Shown here one piece after another: positions 12,901-22,719 of a stretch of 50,834 bases of DNA. Location of the stretch: positions 352,001-402,834 of the forward strand of contig JBNGIO010006284.1 of assembly GCA_049999805.1 (NCBI GenBank), in the 5' to 3' direction. The notes beneath the pieces are model-generated. The model ran no database searches, was not told where the DNA came from, and saw only the letters and a list, made by a program, of their open reading frames with translations. Position 1 is the stretch's first letter, and the number at the start of each line of letters is the position of its first letter. This stretch comes from Folioceros fuciformis. Taxonomy: Eukaryota. The translations under genes and the position numbers were made by a program.

Positions 12901-14658
12901 TGTGCTGGTGCAGCAGATCTGGCATCGGGCAGGCAAGTCCATGCGGATGTTGTCAACAGTGGAATGAAGCTCAATCTGTTCGTCGGAAGCTGCCTTGTGG
13001 ATATGTATTCGAAATGTGGGAGATTATCTGACGCACGCAAGGTGTTCGACAGTCTGGCCACAAAAGATGTAGTGACGTGGAATGCGATGCTTGCAGCATA
13101 TGTACGGGATGGTCTTGGGCAAGACGTCTTAACTCTTTACGCAGGGATGCAACAGGAAGGCATCGCACGTGCTACTCATGCCACATTTGTTTGCCTCCTG
13201 AAAGCGTGTGGCAGTATTGGTGCCCTGGATCATGGCAGGCAGATTCATCGTCAGCTTCAGGAAAGGCGGCTAGATGATGACCCTGTTGTGGGCAGTGCTC
13301 TTGTTGACATGTACGCCAAGTGCGGGAGCTTGGATGATGCACGTGCAGTGTTTGACAAATTGGCTGGAAAAGATGTGGTTACATGGAACACGATACTTGC
13401 AGGCTATGTTCAGCATGGCTTTGGGCATGACGCGTTGTCCCTGTACACAGATATGCAACAGGAGGGCATGACTCCAGCTGATGATGTGACAACTCTCTGC
13501 GTACTCAAAGCATGCGCCATGGTTGGTGCGTTGGATCAAGGCAAGCAGCTTCACGCCCAGGTTCGAGAAATGGGACTAGAAGCTGATGTGGTCATTGGAA
13601 TGTGCCTTGTTGACATGTATGCGAAATGTGGGAGTTTAGAGGATGCACGCAAGATATTTGACAGTCTGGCGACAAGAGATGTGGTCACCTGGACTGCAAT
13701 GCTTGCAGGATATGCTCAGCATGGACTTGGGCGGGAAGCCCTCACGCTCTATGAGAGTATGCATGCGGAGGGTACCACGAACGCCAACCATGTCACCTTT
13801 GTCTGCCTCCTGAAAGCATGTACCAGCATCGGTTCATTGGAGCAGGGAAAGCAGCTCCATGCCAGGATCCAGGAGGAACGACTCGCCAAGGATGCAATTA
13901 TCGGCAGCTGCCTTCTTGATATGTACTCAAAGTGTGGGAGCTTAAGCGACGCTTGCACAGTATTCAACAACCTGGCCACAAGAGATGTGGTTACCTGGAA
14001 TGCCATGCTGGCAGCATATGCTCATCACGGGCTTGGTGATGAGGCCCTGCGATGCTACGAACAAATGCAGCTTGCAGGCACCCGTCCAACCGGAGCCACA
14101 TTTCTTTCCCTCCTTTCTGCATGCAGTCACGCTGGCCTAGTGGACCAAGGTGTCGAGCACTTCGAATCCATGAGCAGAGACCATGCCATCAGTCCAGACA
14201 TCGAGCACTACGTGAGTTTGATGGATCTCTATGGGCGTTCTGGAGACTTCTCAAAGGTAAAAGACATTCTGTCAACAATGCCAATGCAGCCTGATCTGGC
14301 CACGTGGTTGTGTGTGATGGCTGCCTGTCGGAAGCATGGCAATGTTGAGCTGGGAGAACGGGCCTTCTGGCATGCAGTGCATCTGCAGCCTAAGCATGCA
14401 TCGGCATACATACTGATGTCGCACATCTATTCTGGGGCTGGCCTGTTCGACAAAGCGAAGTATGTCGACATCGCAAGAAGAAGAGAAGGTGCCTGGAAGG
14501 AGCCTGGCCAGAGCCGGATCGAGTATAATCGAGAGACGCACAATTTTGTGGCGGGAGATTGCAACCACCCTGAGCTCGAGGTATTACATGAATTGTTACA
14601 CGATTTAAGTTTTCGGCTGAAAGAAGCCGGGTTCAATTTACAAGAATGTCAGACTTGA
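9988..14658 (+). CDS. PLS-class PPR protein made of two tandem PLS-E1-E2-E+ modules (organellar RNA editing factor family)
   Basis: Uninterrupted ORF 9913-14658, first in-frame ATG at 9988. Repeated P-L-S triplets (LVDMYAKCGSL, VVTWNAML, TFVCLLKAC) and two L2-S2-E sets (FLSLLCACSHSGLVDQG...KEPG and FLSLLSACSHAGLVDQG...KEPG). The true start or an upstream exon is uncertain. Confidence 0.92.
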   Translation: MELSRRAGTKAMPFCLRQIGRRNAQQQASREDPWMRGCAEEPVSEAVETLQLLVHQGLYVPTFVLYRFLRTCMLEKDIAVGSFLHSLVVASGYEGDKLLANHTIRMFTSHGRLQEALQVFRRFNSPNTFLWSSIISANVQCGQPVLAVEMYWRMRQSSVMPDNHVFVAVLNACASTADVTSGRQVHADVLTSPVKPDVFVGSSLVDMYAKCGSLDDARVVFDNLATKNEVTWSAMLAGYSQHGQGTEVLNLYASMQNEGITPADHITFVYLLKACASTGALLQGKQLHAEIRVRGLGADAVVSSCLIDMYAKCGSMKDARWVFDNLAVKNGVTWNAMLAGYAQYGHGEEALTLFEDMPDTETDHVTFLCLFKACASIGAIDRGKQLHARAQAKGLAADKVVGSCLVDMYAKCGSLDEARRVFDSLGTKDVVSWNAMLTGYVQQGAGHEALNLYAIMQQEGFIIANQRTFPCLITACGSIGALDQGHQLHAQIREKGLETDLIISSCLIDMYSKCGVLSDACRVFDVLSTKDVVTWNVMLAAYGHHGLGEEALQCYAKMLLEGVSPDEVTFLSLLCACSHSGLVDQGFGYFESMSKVYGLTPSIEHYVSMIDICGRAGHLTRVQELLQKMPMQPDLSTWLSVLGACRKHGNVVLGKRAFDCAIHVEPKNPSAYMLMSHIYADAGMMDCAKKLWSLRVTECAWKEPGLTWITLDQQSHTFTAGSQGDSKHEEVYDMLQQITIRLKARYPSGLTSIPRRHYCTRRENWLAEKEGSVSRRSEKHAEQAQIRLIAGNTSSQGCHNLANPMSKKDSRPVYGHASDMFEATPLASSDFCWSKLCEQGQLSQAVHLLDQLLDQRSCVSISTIYEILKSCISKKDLVAGSIVHALVLISGYGSNVFLSNHIIRMYASHGRLEEALQVFASLDSRNAYSWSSIISAHVEHGQHMQAVNLYWQMRQSPVMPDQHTFVAALKACAGAADLASGRQVHADVVNSGMKLNLFVGSCLVDMYSKCGRLSDARKVFDSLATKDVVTWNAMLAAYVRDGLGQDVLTLYAGMQQEGIARATHATFVCLLKACGSIGALDHGRQIHRQLQERRLDDDPVVGSALVDMYAKCGSLDDARAVFDKLAGKDVVTWNTILAGYVQHGFGHDALSLYTDMQQEGMTPADDVTTLCVLKACAMVGALDQGKQLHAQVREMGLEADVVIGMCLVDMYAKCGSLEDARKIFDSLATRDVVTWTAMLAGYAQHGLGREALTLYESMHAEGTTNANHVTFVCLLKACTSIGSLEQGKQLHARIQEERLAKDAIIGSCLLDMYSKCGSLSDACTVFNNLATRDVVTWNAMLAAYAHHGLGDEALRCYEQMQLAGTRPTGATFLSLLSACSHAGLVDQGVEHFESMSRDHAISPDIEHYVSLMDLYGRSGDFSKVKDILSTMPMQPDLATWLCVMAACRKHGNVELGERAFWHAVHLQPKHASAYILMSHIYSGAGLFDKAKYVDIARRREGAWKEPGQSRIEYNRETHNFVAGDCNHPELEVLHELLHDLSFRLKEAGFNLQECQT

Positions 14659-14754
14659 AAGGGTCAAGGGTTAAAACGGGATACGTAATTTTCTTGAACG
14701 TTACATGGTTCCGTTCCGGTATATGTACACCACCTCAAGTTATTCGGGTGACTC

Positions 14755-15747
14755 TTAACGTATGATTTGTCCCGGCCCCTTGTTCCGAGGAAGGGGCTTT
14801 ATGGTTACAGATCTCTTGACAACGGAGGCACGAGGTGCCAGATGAGACTTGGACGAAGGCTTGAATTTTCCGCCTATCGAGTCATGTAGGCCAGCTTGAT
14901 TGATGCGTCGCCTCTTCGCATGCAGTTCCATCTCCGTATCTACCGGCGGCACACCAGAAAGATTTTGTCTGCCAGTAGCACAAGTCTCCGAGAATATAGA
15001 GGACGCAAGAATTGCTGCCCGCTTGTTCCTCCGATTGGATTCAAACTTGCTAGAGAAATTCACCCTCGCAGCTACCTGCGCATCTTCCTGTGAGTGAGGA
15101 AGCAACCGAATCCCCAAACCCTTGCTTCTGGCCTCTGCTTCCTCACTTGCCACACGCTTCTTCTGCTCCCTTAACTTAGCACGAAGAACCTTGTTCTTTG
15201 AGTAGTAGTCAGCATTTCTTGCTTCCGAGCACCGCTGCAGACGTATCAGCTCAGGTTCTGCCTGCTTGCCATTAGCGAGATCCTCTCCCAAATGTTCCAA
15301 CCTTGAGAATGGATCAGCCAAATCAGCCTTACTTTCGTCGCTTGGAAGCACGAGTGTTTCTGCATCTCTCGCGTCGTACACCTCAGTCTTCCGCTCAGCT
15401 CCAGCCACGATAACATATTCGCAGTTCTTCGGGTCGGTGTGAATCTCAATCTTATGCCTGCAACAGGCAGTCTTCATCGTGAAGCTCCATATCTTGGTGC
15501 TGTAATAGCTCCCGACCTGCTTCTTTTCAGCGTTGAAGCGCACCCCCTTGGCTATCATGGCATTGCATCCTCCACACCATATGTTGAAGGGCATTTCGAA
15601 CCGGATAACTAGAATCCCTCGATCGATCTTCTTGGCCCGCTCCCGCAGTGCATGTTGGCCATGAAACTTGTTCAAGCCACCTTGATCCGGAGTCCATTCG
15701 GGTGGGTAGTAGAAATTATCAGCACGGGCTGCTGCTAGCGTCGACAT
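14755..15747 (-). CDS. CWC16/YJU2-family splicing factor (CCDC130/YJU2B-like), intronless
   Basis: N-terminus MSTLAAARADNFYYPPEW, GILVIRFEMPFNIWCGGC, GVRFNAEKKQVG, TDPKNCEY. Confidence 0.93.
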   Translation of the reverse strand: MSTLAAARADNFYYPPEWTPDQGGLNKFHGQHALRERAKKIDRGILVIRFEMPFNIWCGGCNAMIAKGVRFNAEKKQVGSYYSTKIWSFTMKTACCRHKIEIHTDPKNCEYVIVAGAERKTEVYDARDAETLVLPSDESKADLADPFSRLEHLGEDLANGKQAEPELIRLQRCSEARNADYYSKNKVLRAKLREQKKRVASEEAEARSKGLGIRLLPHSQEDAQVAARVNFSSKFESNRRNKRAAILASSIFSETCATGRQNLSGVPPVDTEMELHAKRRRINQAGLHDSIGGKFKPSSKSHLAPRASVVKRSVTIKPLPRNKGPGQIIR

Positions 15748-16012
15748 GATTCCTGACGTTCACCCTTCCGAGTTCTTTCAAAGAACCAACCCAACGAAGA
15801 AATAAAGTCAAATTTTACGCAAGCTTGTGCCTGTTTTCTTAAATCACGTCTACTTGCACACACATATATAGCAGAACAGGGGCTATAGAGATTCTTTTCC
15901 TTCCCCTTTTCTTACTTTCTTTCTCTCTCTTTCTTAGTCGACCAAGGAACTAGCCGATTGGAGACAATTCGATATGCACGTTCCTTTGGACACCAATGGC
16001 TGTAGATATGCA

Positions 16013-16142
16013 GACAAGACAACCTAGCAATGTCAAGACCGCCCAATTTAAATAGGTCTGTTAGTCCTTGGCCTTTGGACAAGACAACCTAGCAATGTCA
16101 AGACCACCCAATTTAAATAGGTCTGTTAGTCCTTGGCCTTTG
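16013..16142. repeat. Tandem duplication of a 65-bp unit (2 copies, one mismatch seen)
   Basis: gacaagacaacctagcaatgtcaagacc(g/a)cccaatttaaataggtctgttagtccttggcctttg at 16013 and 16078. Confidence 0.9.
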
Positions 16143-16409
16143 GTGAATGTATCACCCAAGTTTCCTTTGTCTTTGGGATTTATGTGCACTAACGAATTCC
16201 CCTAGGTTGAGCCTACCATGACTTACCATTGCCTAGTGGCCGAGAGGCGAACCAATTTGGGGTAGGCTTAACCTAAATCAAATTAGTCTCACTAGAATGT
16301 TAGGCACATTATGTCGAATTATATATGATGCCTAGATCCACTTGTCATTTATTTGCAATGTTATTTTCTTGCTTGTCATTGTGACCCATAGTTGTTTACA
16401 TATGAGTAA

Positions 16410-16468
16410 AATCCTAGATTTAGGGTTTAGGGTAAACGACTAAACCTAAACCCTAAAACCCTAGATTT
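16410..16468. repeat. Short interstitial telomere-like repeats in inverted arrangement
   Basis: tttagggtttaggg followed after a short spacer by taaacctaaaccctaaaaccctag. Another cctaaaccctag occurs near 16587. Confidence 0.6.
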
Positions 16469-18055
16469 GTAAAATCTGCAATGTTGAGGTGAGACTTGAC
16501 CAAAGATGTGTGGAGGTTATTAATTTTCTATTTTAAAAAAAATGGAAAGTCTCATCTACTTCAAAGATTGAAGGAACGACCAAGGACCTAAACCCTAGCA
16601 CCTTCAAACATCAGTCTAACAATTATCCATTCTCCTAAAATCATTCTCAAAAATCAAAACATTAAATCAAAATACCATGATATGAAATAATAAAAAGCCT
16701 AATATAACTCTAAAACCACTACTCTAGCTCTTGATTATTTCTGCTCCCAAAATGTCATGAATAACAAAAGCGTAACAACCTCCATCGTAACAACTAGCTC
16801 TTGGATTTGTTCCCCACATATTGAGGGATGCGCGGGTCCCGGGAATGTGGGAACACGTGCGCAGCCCATCTCTGATCTCCTGAACTGCGATGGTCAGGTT
16901 ATTGTTCGCAGATGTCGATAAATGGATGCAGCTCTGCCGCTGAACTTGATCATTGATGCAGCACAGATGTAGCTCCAGAATAAACAACCTCACCTGAAGG
17001 GTTGCAGGTTGGAGGTGGCCTACAGTGCATCTCGAGATGTGCAAACCCCCTCCTTGCAGCCGACGCGTTCCGATATCTCAATGTTCATGATGGACGCTGG
17101 ATTTGATGAAGACGTGATAACGTTGAGGAAGTAGCCTAGATGCCCAGTCGATGATACTCGAGTCCCACACGGTACAAGGAGCAGGCAGGCCAACGAGACA
17201 AAGCTGGCAACATGTAACTCTTCCAGCGCTCTCCATGTTGAACCCTCTGAAACCATTTCAAGTCCAATCCTTCTTGGCTAGCTGGGCACTCACCCTGTCA
17301 GCCAAGCCACCAGATTTTAGCGCGTCCATGAGTAGCTCTCTAGCTCATCGGCGAGTTCAACCTGATTCGGGCTCGTTTTCAATAGAATTCACTCACGATG
17401 CAAGGTATCTCAACCGGACAGGCATTACAGGTCTCCCGATAACGACGGGACTGTGTAGCTTGGTCTCGTTTTATGCTCTTGTTGTCTGCAGGGTTCGGAG
17501 GCTAACCGGGGCCCGAATGTATCTTTGGTTTGAGTAGAAGCGGTCTTGATGACTTGATGAGGATGGCAGAATTGGCAAGAGGAGCTCGAACTTATGATGT
17601 CGGTGGGACCAACCATCTCCGGACCTAGATGTTCATGTTGTGATTTTTCCTTCTTGCCCTGTTTCTCTCGAAGAGAATGAGGAGAGCTGGAGGCGTGAGC
17701 GTCCACACGGTTGGCTGGGTGGTTCAAGGCAGAGCTAGGCCACGTATCCCGTTTCAGGAATGTTGCAGGCAGATGTCATCAGTGGCGGGCGTGGCGGAGC
17801 AGCGGAGATCGACAGTCAGCAGCTTTGGTTGGTATTGTAGCCGATGTTGAACGAATGGAACTCCGTTGCATGGATGAATTCTTATCTGGGCTGGCTTCCA
17901 GGTGAGGGGATCGCAGAGCAGGTCTGGTTGGGGAGGCCTGTGGTGGACTCTCCGAAGTGGTGGGTCGGGAGGGAGGTAAGCATTGTGGTTTTCTTGGATG
18001 CGTAGCTTGCTGTTTGTAGAGCAGGCCCATGTTGGTTGGGGCAGGCATTTGAATT

Positions 18056-20733
18056 ATGGCAGCATTGCAGAACAACTTCCATAATCCGGACTTCGTGCAC
18101 AGCACGTCAGGGGGGAAGTTGTGGGTTAATGGACGCGGTTCGAAAGACAGCGCTGTGAGGCCTGTAGTCGAGCACGGAGCTGAGTGTGAGGCTTCTGGCA
18201 GGTTGTGCGCAGTCTTCTTGTCTGCGTTCAGCTGGTTTTGATGAGTTAAATGCGCCTGTTGTGTTCTACACAGAGACTCTTTGTATCTTTCAGGTGTGAG
18301 AATGATTCGGAGGAGACTGAGACATGGGAAAGACTGTGTGAGGAGGGGCAGCCGAGTGAGGCAGTGGCAGCTTTGGAGCATTTGGTGGGAAAGGGGACTC
18401 CGGTTCCTTTGTCCCTTTTTTATCGTGTCCTCAGAGGATGCATATTACAGAAAGATCTGGTTCTTGGCAGGCGTGTACACCACCTTGCTGTTCAGCGTGG
18501 GTATGATTCCAGCCCATTCTTAGCAAACCACTTCATCCGTATGTATGCATCTCATGGGAGTTTGCGGGACGCCAGACAGGTTTTCAGCAAACTAGCTTCT
18601 CCAGATCTTTTCACGTGGGCCTCCATTATTTTGGCTCATGCTGATCACGGACACCCTAAACAGGCTATAAAATTCTATCTACAGATGCGCCAATCGGATG
18701 TGAAACCAGACAGCTATACACTCGTGGCAGTTCTGAAAGCATGTGCTCGGGCAGTGGATCTGGTTTCTGGCAAAGAAGTTCATGCGGACATTTTGGATTG
18801 TGCAATTGAACCGAATGTATTTGTTGGAAACTGCCTTGTCGACATGTATGCGAAATGTGGGAGTCCGGTCCAGGCTCGGAGGGTGTTTGACAACTTGCCC
18901 ATGAAGACTGTGGTGACATGGAATTCAATGATAGCAGGGTATGCTCAGCACGGGCTTGGCCATGAGGCCCTTGAGCTCCATTCAAGGATGCAACGAGATG
19001 GCATCAGTGCTCCCAATCATGTGACTTTTCTGTGCCTGCTGAAGGCATGTGGTAGTGTGGGAGCTTTACATGAGGGGAAGGAGTTGCACTTGCAGATCAG
19101 GGAACGAGGCTTGGACTCGGACGTGGTGGTTGCCAGCAGCCTAGTGGACATGTATGCAAAATGTGGCAGCTTAGGAGATGCCCGAGCTGTGTTTGATAGA
19201 TTGAGCAAGAGAGATGTGGTGGCCTGGACTGCTATGATAGCTGGATATGTCCAGCATGGGTTTGGTCAAGAAGCGCTTGCACTCTACACACGTATGCAAC
19301 ATGAAGGTGTGATGCAAGCCAATCGTGTCACCTTTGCATGCCTCCTCAACGCTTGTGCCAGTGTTGGAGCTTTACGTCAGGGCAAGGAGCTTCACTCACA
19401 GATCCAAGAAAGCAGGCTGGAAGGTGATGTGGTTGTCGGCAGCAGCCTGGTGGACATGTATGCAAAATGTGGGAGCTTAGAGGATGCTCAGAAAGTTTTT
19501 GACAGACTGCCCGCGAAGAATGTGGTGACATGGAATGCCTTAGTTGGGGGCTATGCTCAGCATGGACTTGGGCAGGAAGCCTTGGATGTGTACAAAAGGA
19601 TGGTGCTGGAGGGCGTTGCAGCCGACCGTGTGACGTTTTCGTGCTTGCTGAAAGCATGTGCGAGCATAGGAGCTGTGGATCAGGGGAAGCAACTCCACTC
19701 ACACATCCAGGAAAGACGACTTGAATCAGAGGATGTGCTGGCCAGCTGTCTGGTAGACATGTATGCCAAATTCGGGAGCTTGAATGATGCTCGGGAGCTG
19801 TTTGACAGATTACCCAGCAAAGATGCGGTGACATGGAATGCGCTTTTGAATGGCTATGCCCAGCACAACAATGTGCAATTGGCGATGCAGTGCTTCGAAG
19901 AGATGCGGCATCATGGTGTCCACCCCAACAGCTCCACATTTGTGGGTCTACTTGTGGCATGTAGCCATGCTGGCCTGGTGGACGAGGGTAAACAGTATTT
20001 TGCTGCAATGAAGGATGCCCATGGCATCGAGCCGTCGGTGTACCACCACAACTGCATGGTTGATCTCCTTGGACGGTCAGGCCGGCTGGATGAAGCAGAA
20101 AAGCTCTTGCAGACCATGCCACACAACACCGACATCGTAGGCTGGATCTCTCTCCTGAGCGCTTGCAAAAGCCATGGTGACGATACCCGGGCATGGAGAT
20201 GCTTCCACTCTATCACTGCCCTGGAACCTCAAAACTCAGCTGCCTATGCTCTGCTGGCGAGCATATATGCCTCAAGAGGCCGATGGGGAGAGGTAGAAGC
20301 CATCGAGAGCCTGAGAAAAGCTGCGGGTGCTTGCAAGAAGCCTGCGAGGGCCTGGATCGAGGTAAACAACAGGGTTTCTGCATTCATGGTCGGGGAAGAA
20401 AGAAATGACACGTCCTGCAAGCTGAACAGTGTGAACCACCAGTTCCTAGACCCAAGACCTCATGTTCACGTCCAACACTCCAAGCCGGTGACTGAAGCAG
20501 AAAAGGAAGACGCCCTATGTGGCCACGCTGAGAAACTGGCCTTAGCATATGGCCTTCTCAACACCCCAGACGGCACCACTTTACTGGTCACCAAGAACCT
20601 TCGTATGTGCGATGACTGCCACAACGGCACCAAGATGATGTCGAGGACGGAGAAGCGTGAAATCATCGTGAGAGACGCCCACCGAGTCCACCGCTTCCTC
20701 GACGGCTGCTGTTCTTGCGGTGACCAGAATTGA
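18056..20733 (+). CDS. PLS-E1-E2-DYW:KP (KPAxA-type) PPR protein, candidate RNA editing factor
   Basis: Main exon 18294-20733. Probable first exon 18056-18201 (ATG, GT donor, in-phase 92-bp intron). About 17 PLS motifs, E1/E2, then KKPARAWIEV...LCGHAEKLALAYGL...KNLRMCDDCH...REIIVRDAHRVHRF...CSCGDQN. Confidence 0.93.
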
Positions 20734-22126
20734 GACTCTCTCGGTGACAGGCTGTAATTCAGGGTCCGATCTGAAGTTTTCCGTCCCTCAAGCCTCATAC
20801 AATATGGGCTGTGAGTCAAAGGTGACACAGCATATCTACGGACTGACTTCGGGTCCGACAGGGCATTAGGGAGCAGCATACATGAAACTAAGTTACCCAC
20901 TTTGGTTTCATTACGGTGAGACGAGTTCTCTCAATTTAATTGTTAACTTTGTTGTCCACGTGCTCACAGCCTTAGTTGTTTTGGTCCCATCCAGGCGTCC
21001 TTCCTCACTGGCATATTTGTACAATACAGCGTAAAGAGCCGAAAGCTTAAATTTAGAGTTCAGCATGCACATTCCATAGTTTCTGAGGAACTTGGTAAAG
21101 GATAAAGGTATCCCACCTAGTGAAACCAAACAACAACTTGTTGTACAAACTTTCAAAGTTCAATGTTGCCAAGTCTAAAATAAATAAATAAATAAAGATC
21201 AATATTGAACTTAACTAACTAACCACTATTATTTTTCTTTGGTATTAATTCAATCTAATTCAAGTTTAAAAATAAAAAAGATTTAATTTGAGGATAAGGA
21301 TTTGCAAGCATTATACATCTCTAATCAAACTTGTTAAAGAATCATTAGAGGGTACACGATTAATAATCATTGAATGACTTACATAAGACTACATAAAAGA
21401 TCAATCCAAGGGTCAAACATTAGAAGTCATGCAATGGCTGAGATGAGCCTACTCTAAAGATGAGTTTGATTGCCAAGGATTAGCTATCATCTAATAACCA
21501 AGGTGAAGTTACTAAGGTCAATGGATCAAAAATCATTGATAGCTCAATTACCTAAATTAATATCATTATAATATATGAATACCATATGTAGTAATAGCTT
21601 ATACTATAAGCAATCACTTTACAATACAATTTTCAATAAGAGAAGAAGAAGTCTATCATAGTTCACTAAGTAGTGCATTTGCAACACATCTCTAGCCTAA
21701 GTAAGCACCGGCATACATACTATGTCGCATGCCTATTCTATGGTTTGGACTATTATAAGATGTGAATCATATGGACCTCACAAGAAAAAAAGGAGAGACT
21801 TGAAAGGCTCAAATAAAATAATATTTTTTTAATTTGAATGAAACAACAGTGGGCATTCGACTGTGTCTAAAGTGTGTCTAAGTAACAATAAATTTCCATC
21901 ATGAGACTTAATACTTAGCAACTTGTAGCATGGCGACCCTTAATACTTGCACCAAAGGCATCCTTCATTTTAGCACCTCTTTGAAGGATTGATTTAAGTG
22001 CAGGAAGCTTAATCCGAGGGTTGTTACAAATGTGTGTTCATTTGGTATAAGCCAATTGGAAAAGTAATTCCATTTCCCACTATCAAAGCTCTACTTTCAC
22101 CTTGCTTTCACCATGTTTTGATCTTT

Positions 22127-22213
22127 GAGAATGAACTGATAAAGCTTTGAGCTATGAGAATAAGCTTATAAAGCTCTAAGCTGTAAGAATGAGCTTATAA
22201 AGCTTTGTGTTAT
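22127..22213. repeat. Degenerate tandem repeat, ~29 bp x3
   Basis: gagaatgaactgataaagctttgagctat / gagaataagcttataaagctctaagctgt / aagaatgagcttataaagctttgtgttat. Confidence 0.7.
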
Positions 22214-22719
22214 ACTACTCCTCCCTCTATTTGTGCATTGATTGCAAGAGAACCCAAACCAAAAGACAACAAAAAGGAACGTCCAGACTAGAAGCAAAGA
22301 AAAGCCAAGAGAAAACTAATCTATAATATCCCGACTTGATCTCCCTAAACAAAGTGGAATGAAACGTGTGAAGCATTTGCCACTCCTGCTTGCTCTTAGT
22401 GGCAGATGCTTTGTCTTGGTTGGCCCATCATGTAGGCAGTCTAGAATACTCTCCCCATTGCACCCATCCAGACCAAAAATTCTACAATCTCTTCACCATA
22501 CTTCACCTAGGGGATAGGTGGAAGCACAATGCTCAAGAGTTTATTCATGAATGTTTTAAGATGAAACAACAGTGGGCATTCGGACATGGCTCATGTCTTG
22601 GTTTTGTTTGGGAGGAAGTCTACAAGTATTAAGTAGTCTACAAGTCTTGGGACTTAATACTTCCGTCCTGGTTTTATTTGGAAGCCCCTCTTATTGGAGG
22701 ATGAGCAGGTCTCGGGCAT

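Noticed and set aside
16410-16468. Ancient chromosome end-to-end fusion site
   Set aside because: Only about five telomeric units in a gene-dense region, too little to support this.
19346-20194. 282-aa antisense ORF
   Set aside because: Shadow frame of the PPR coding sequence.
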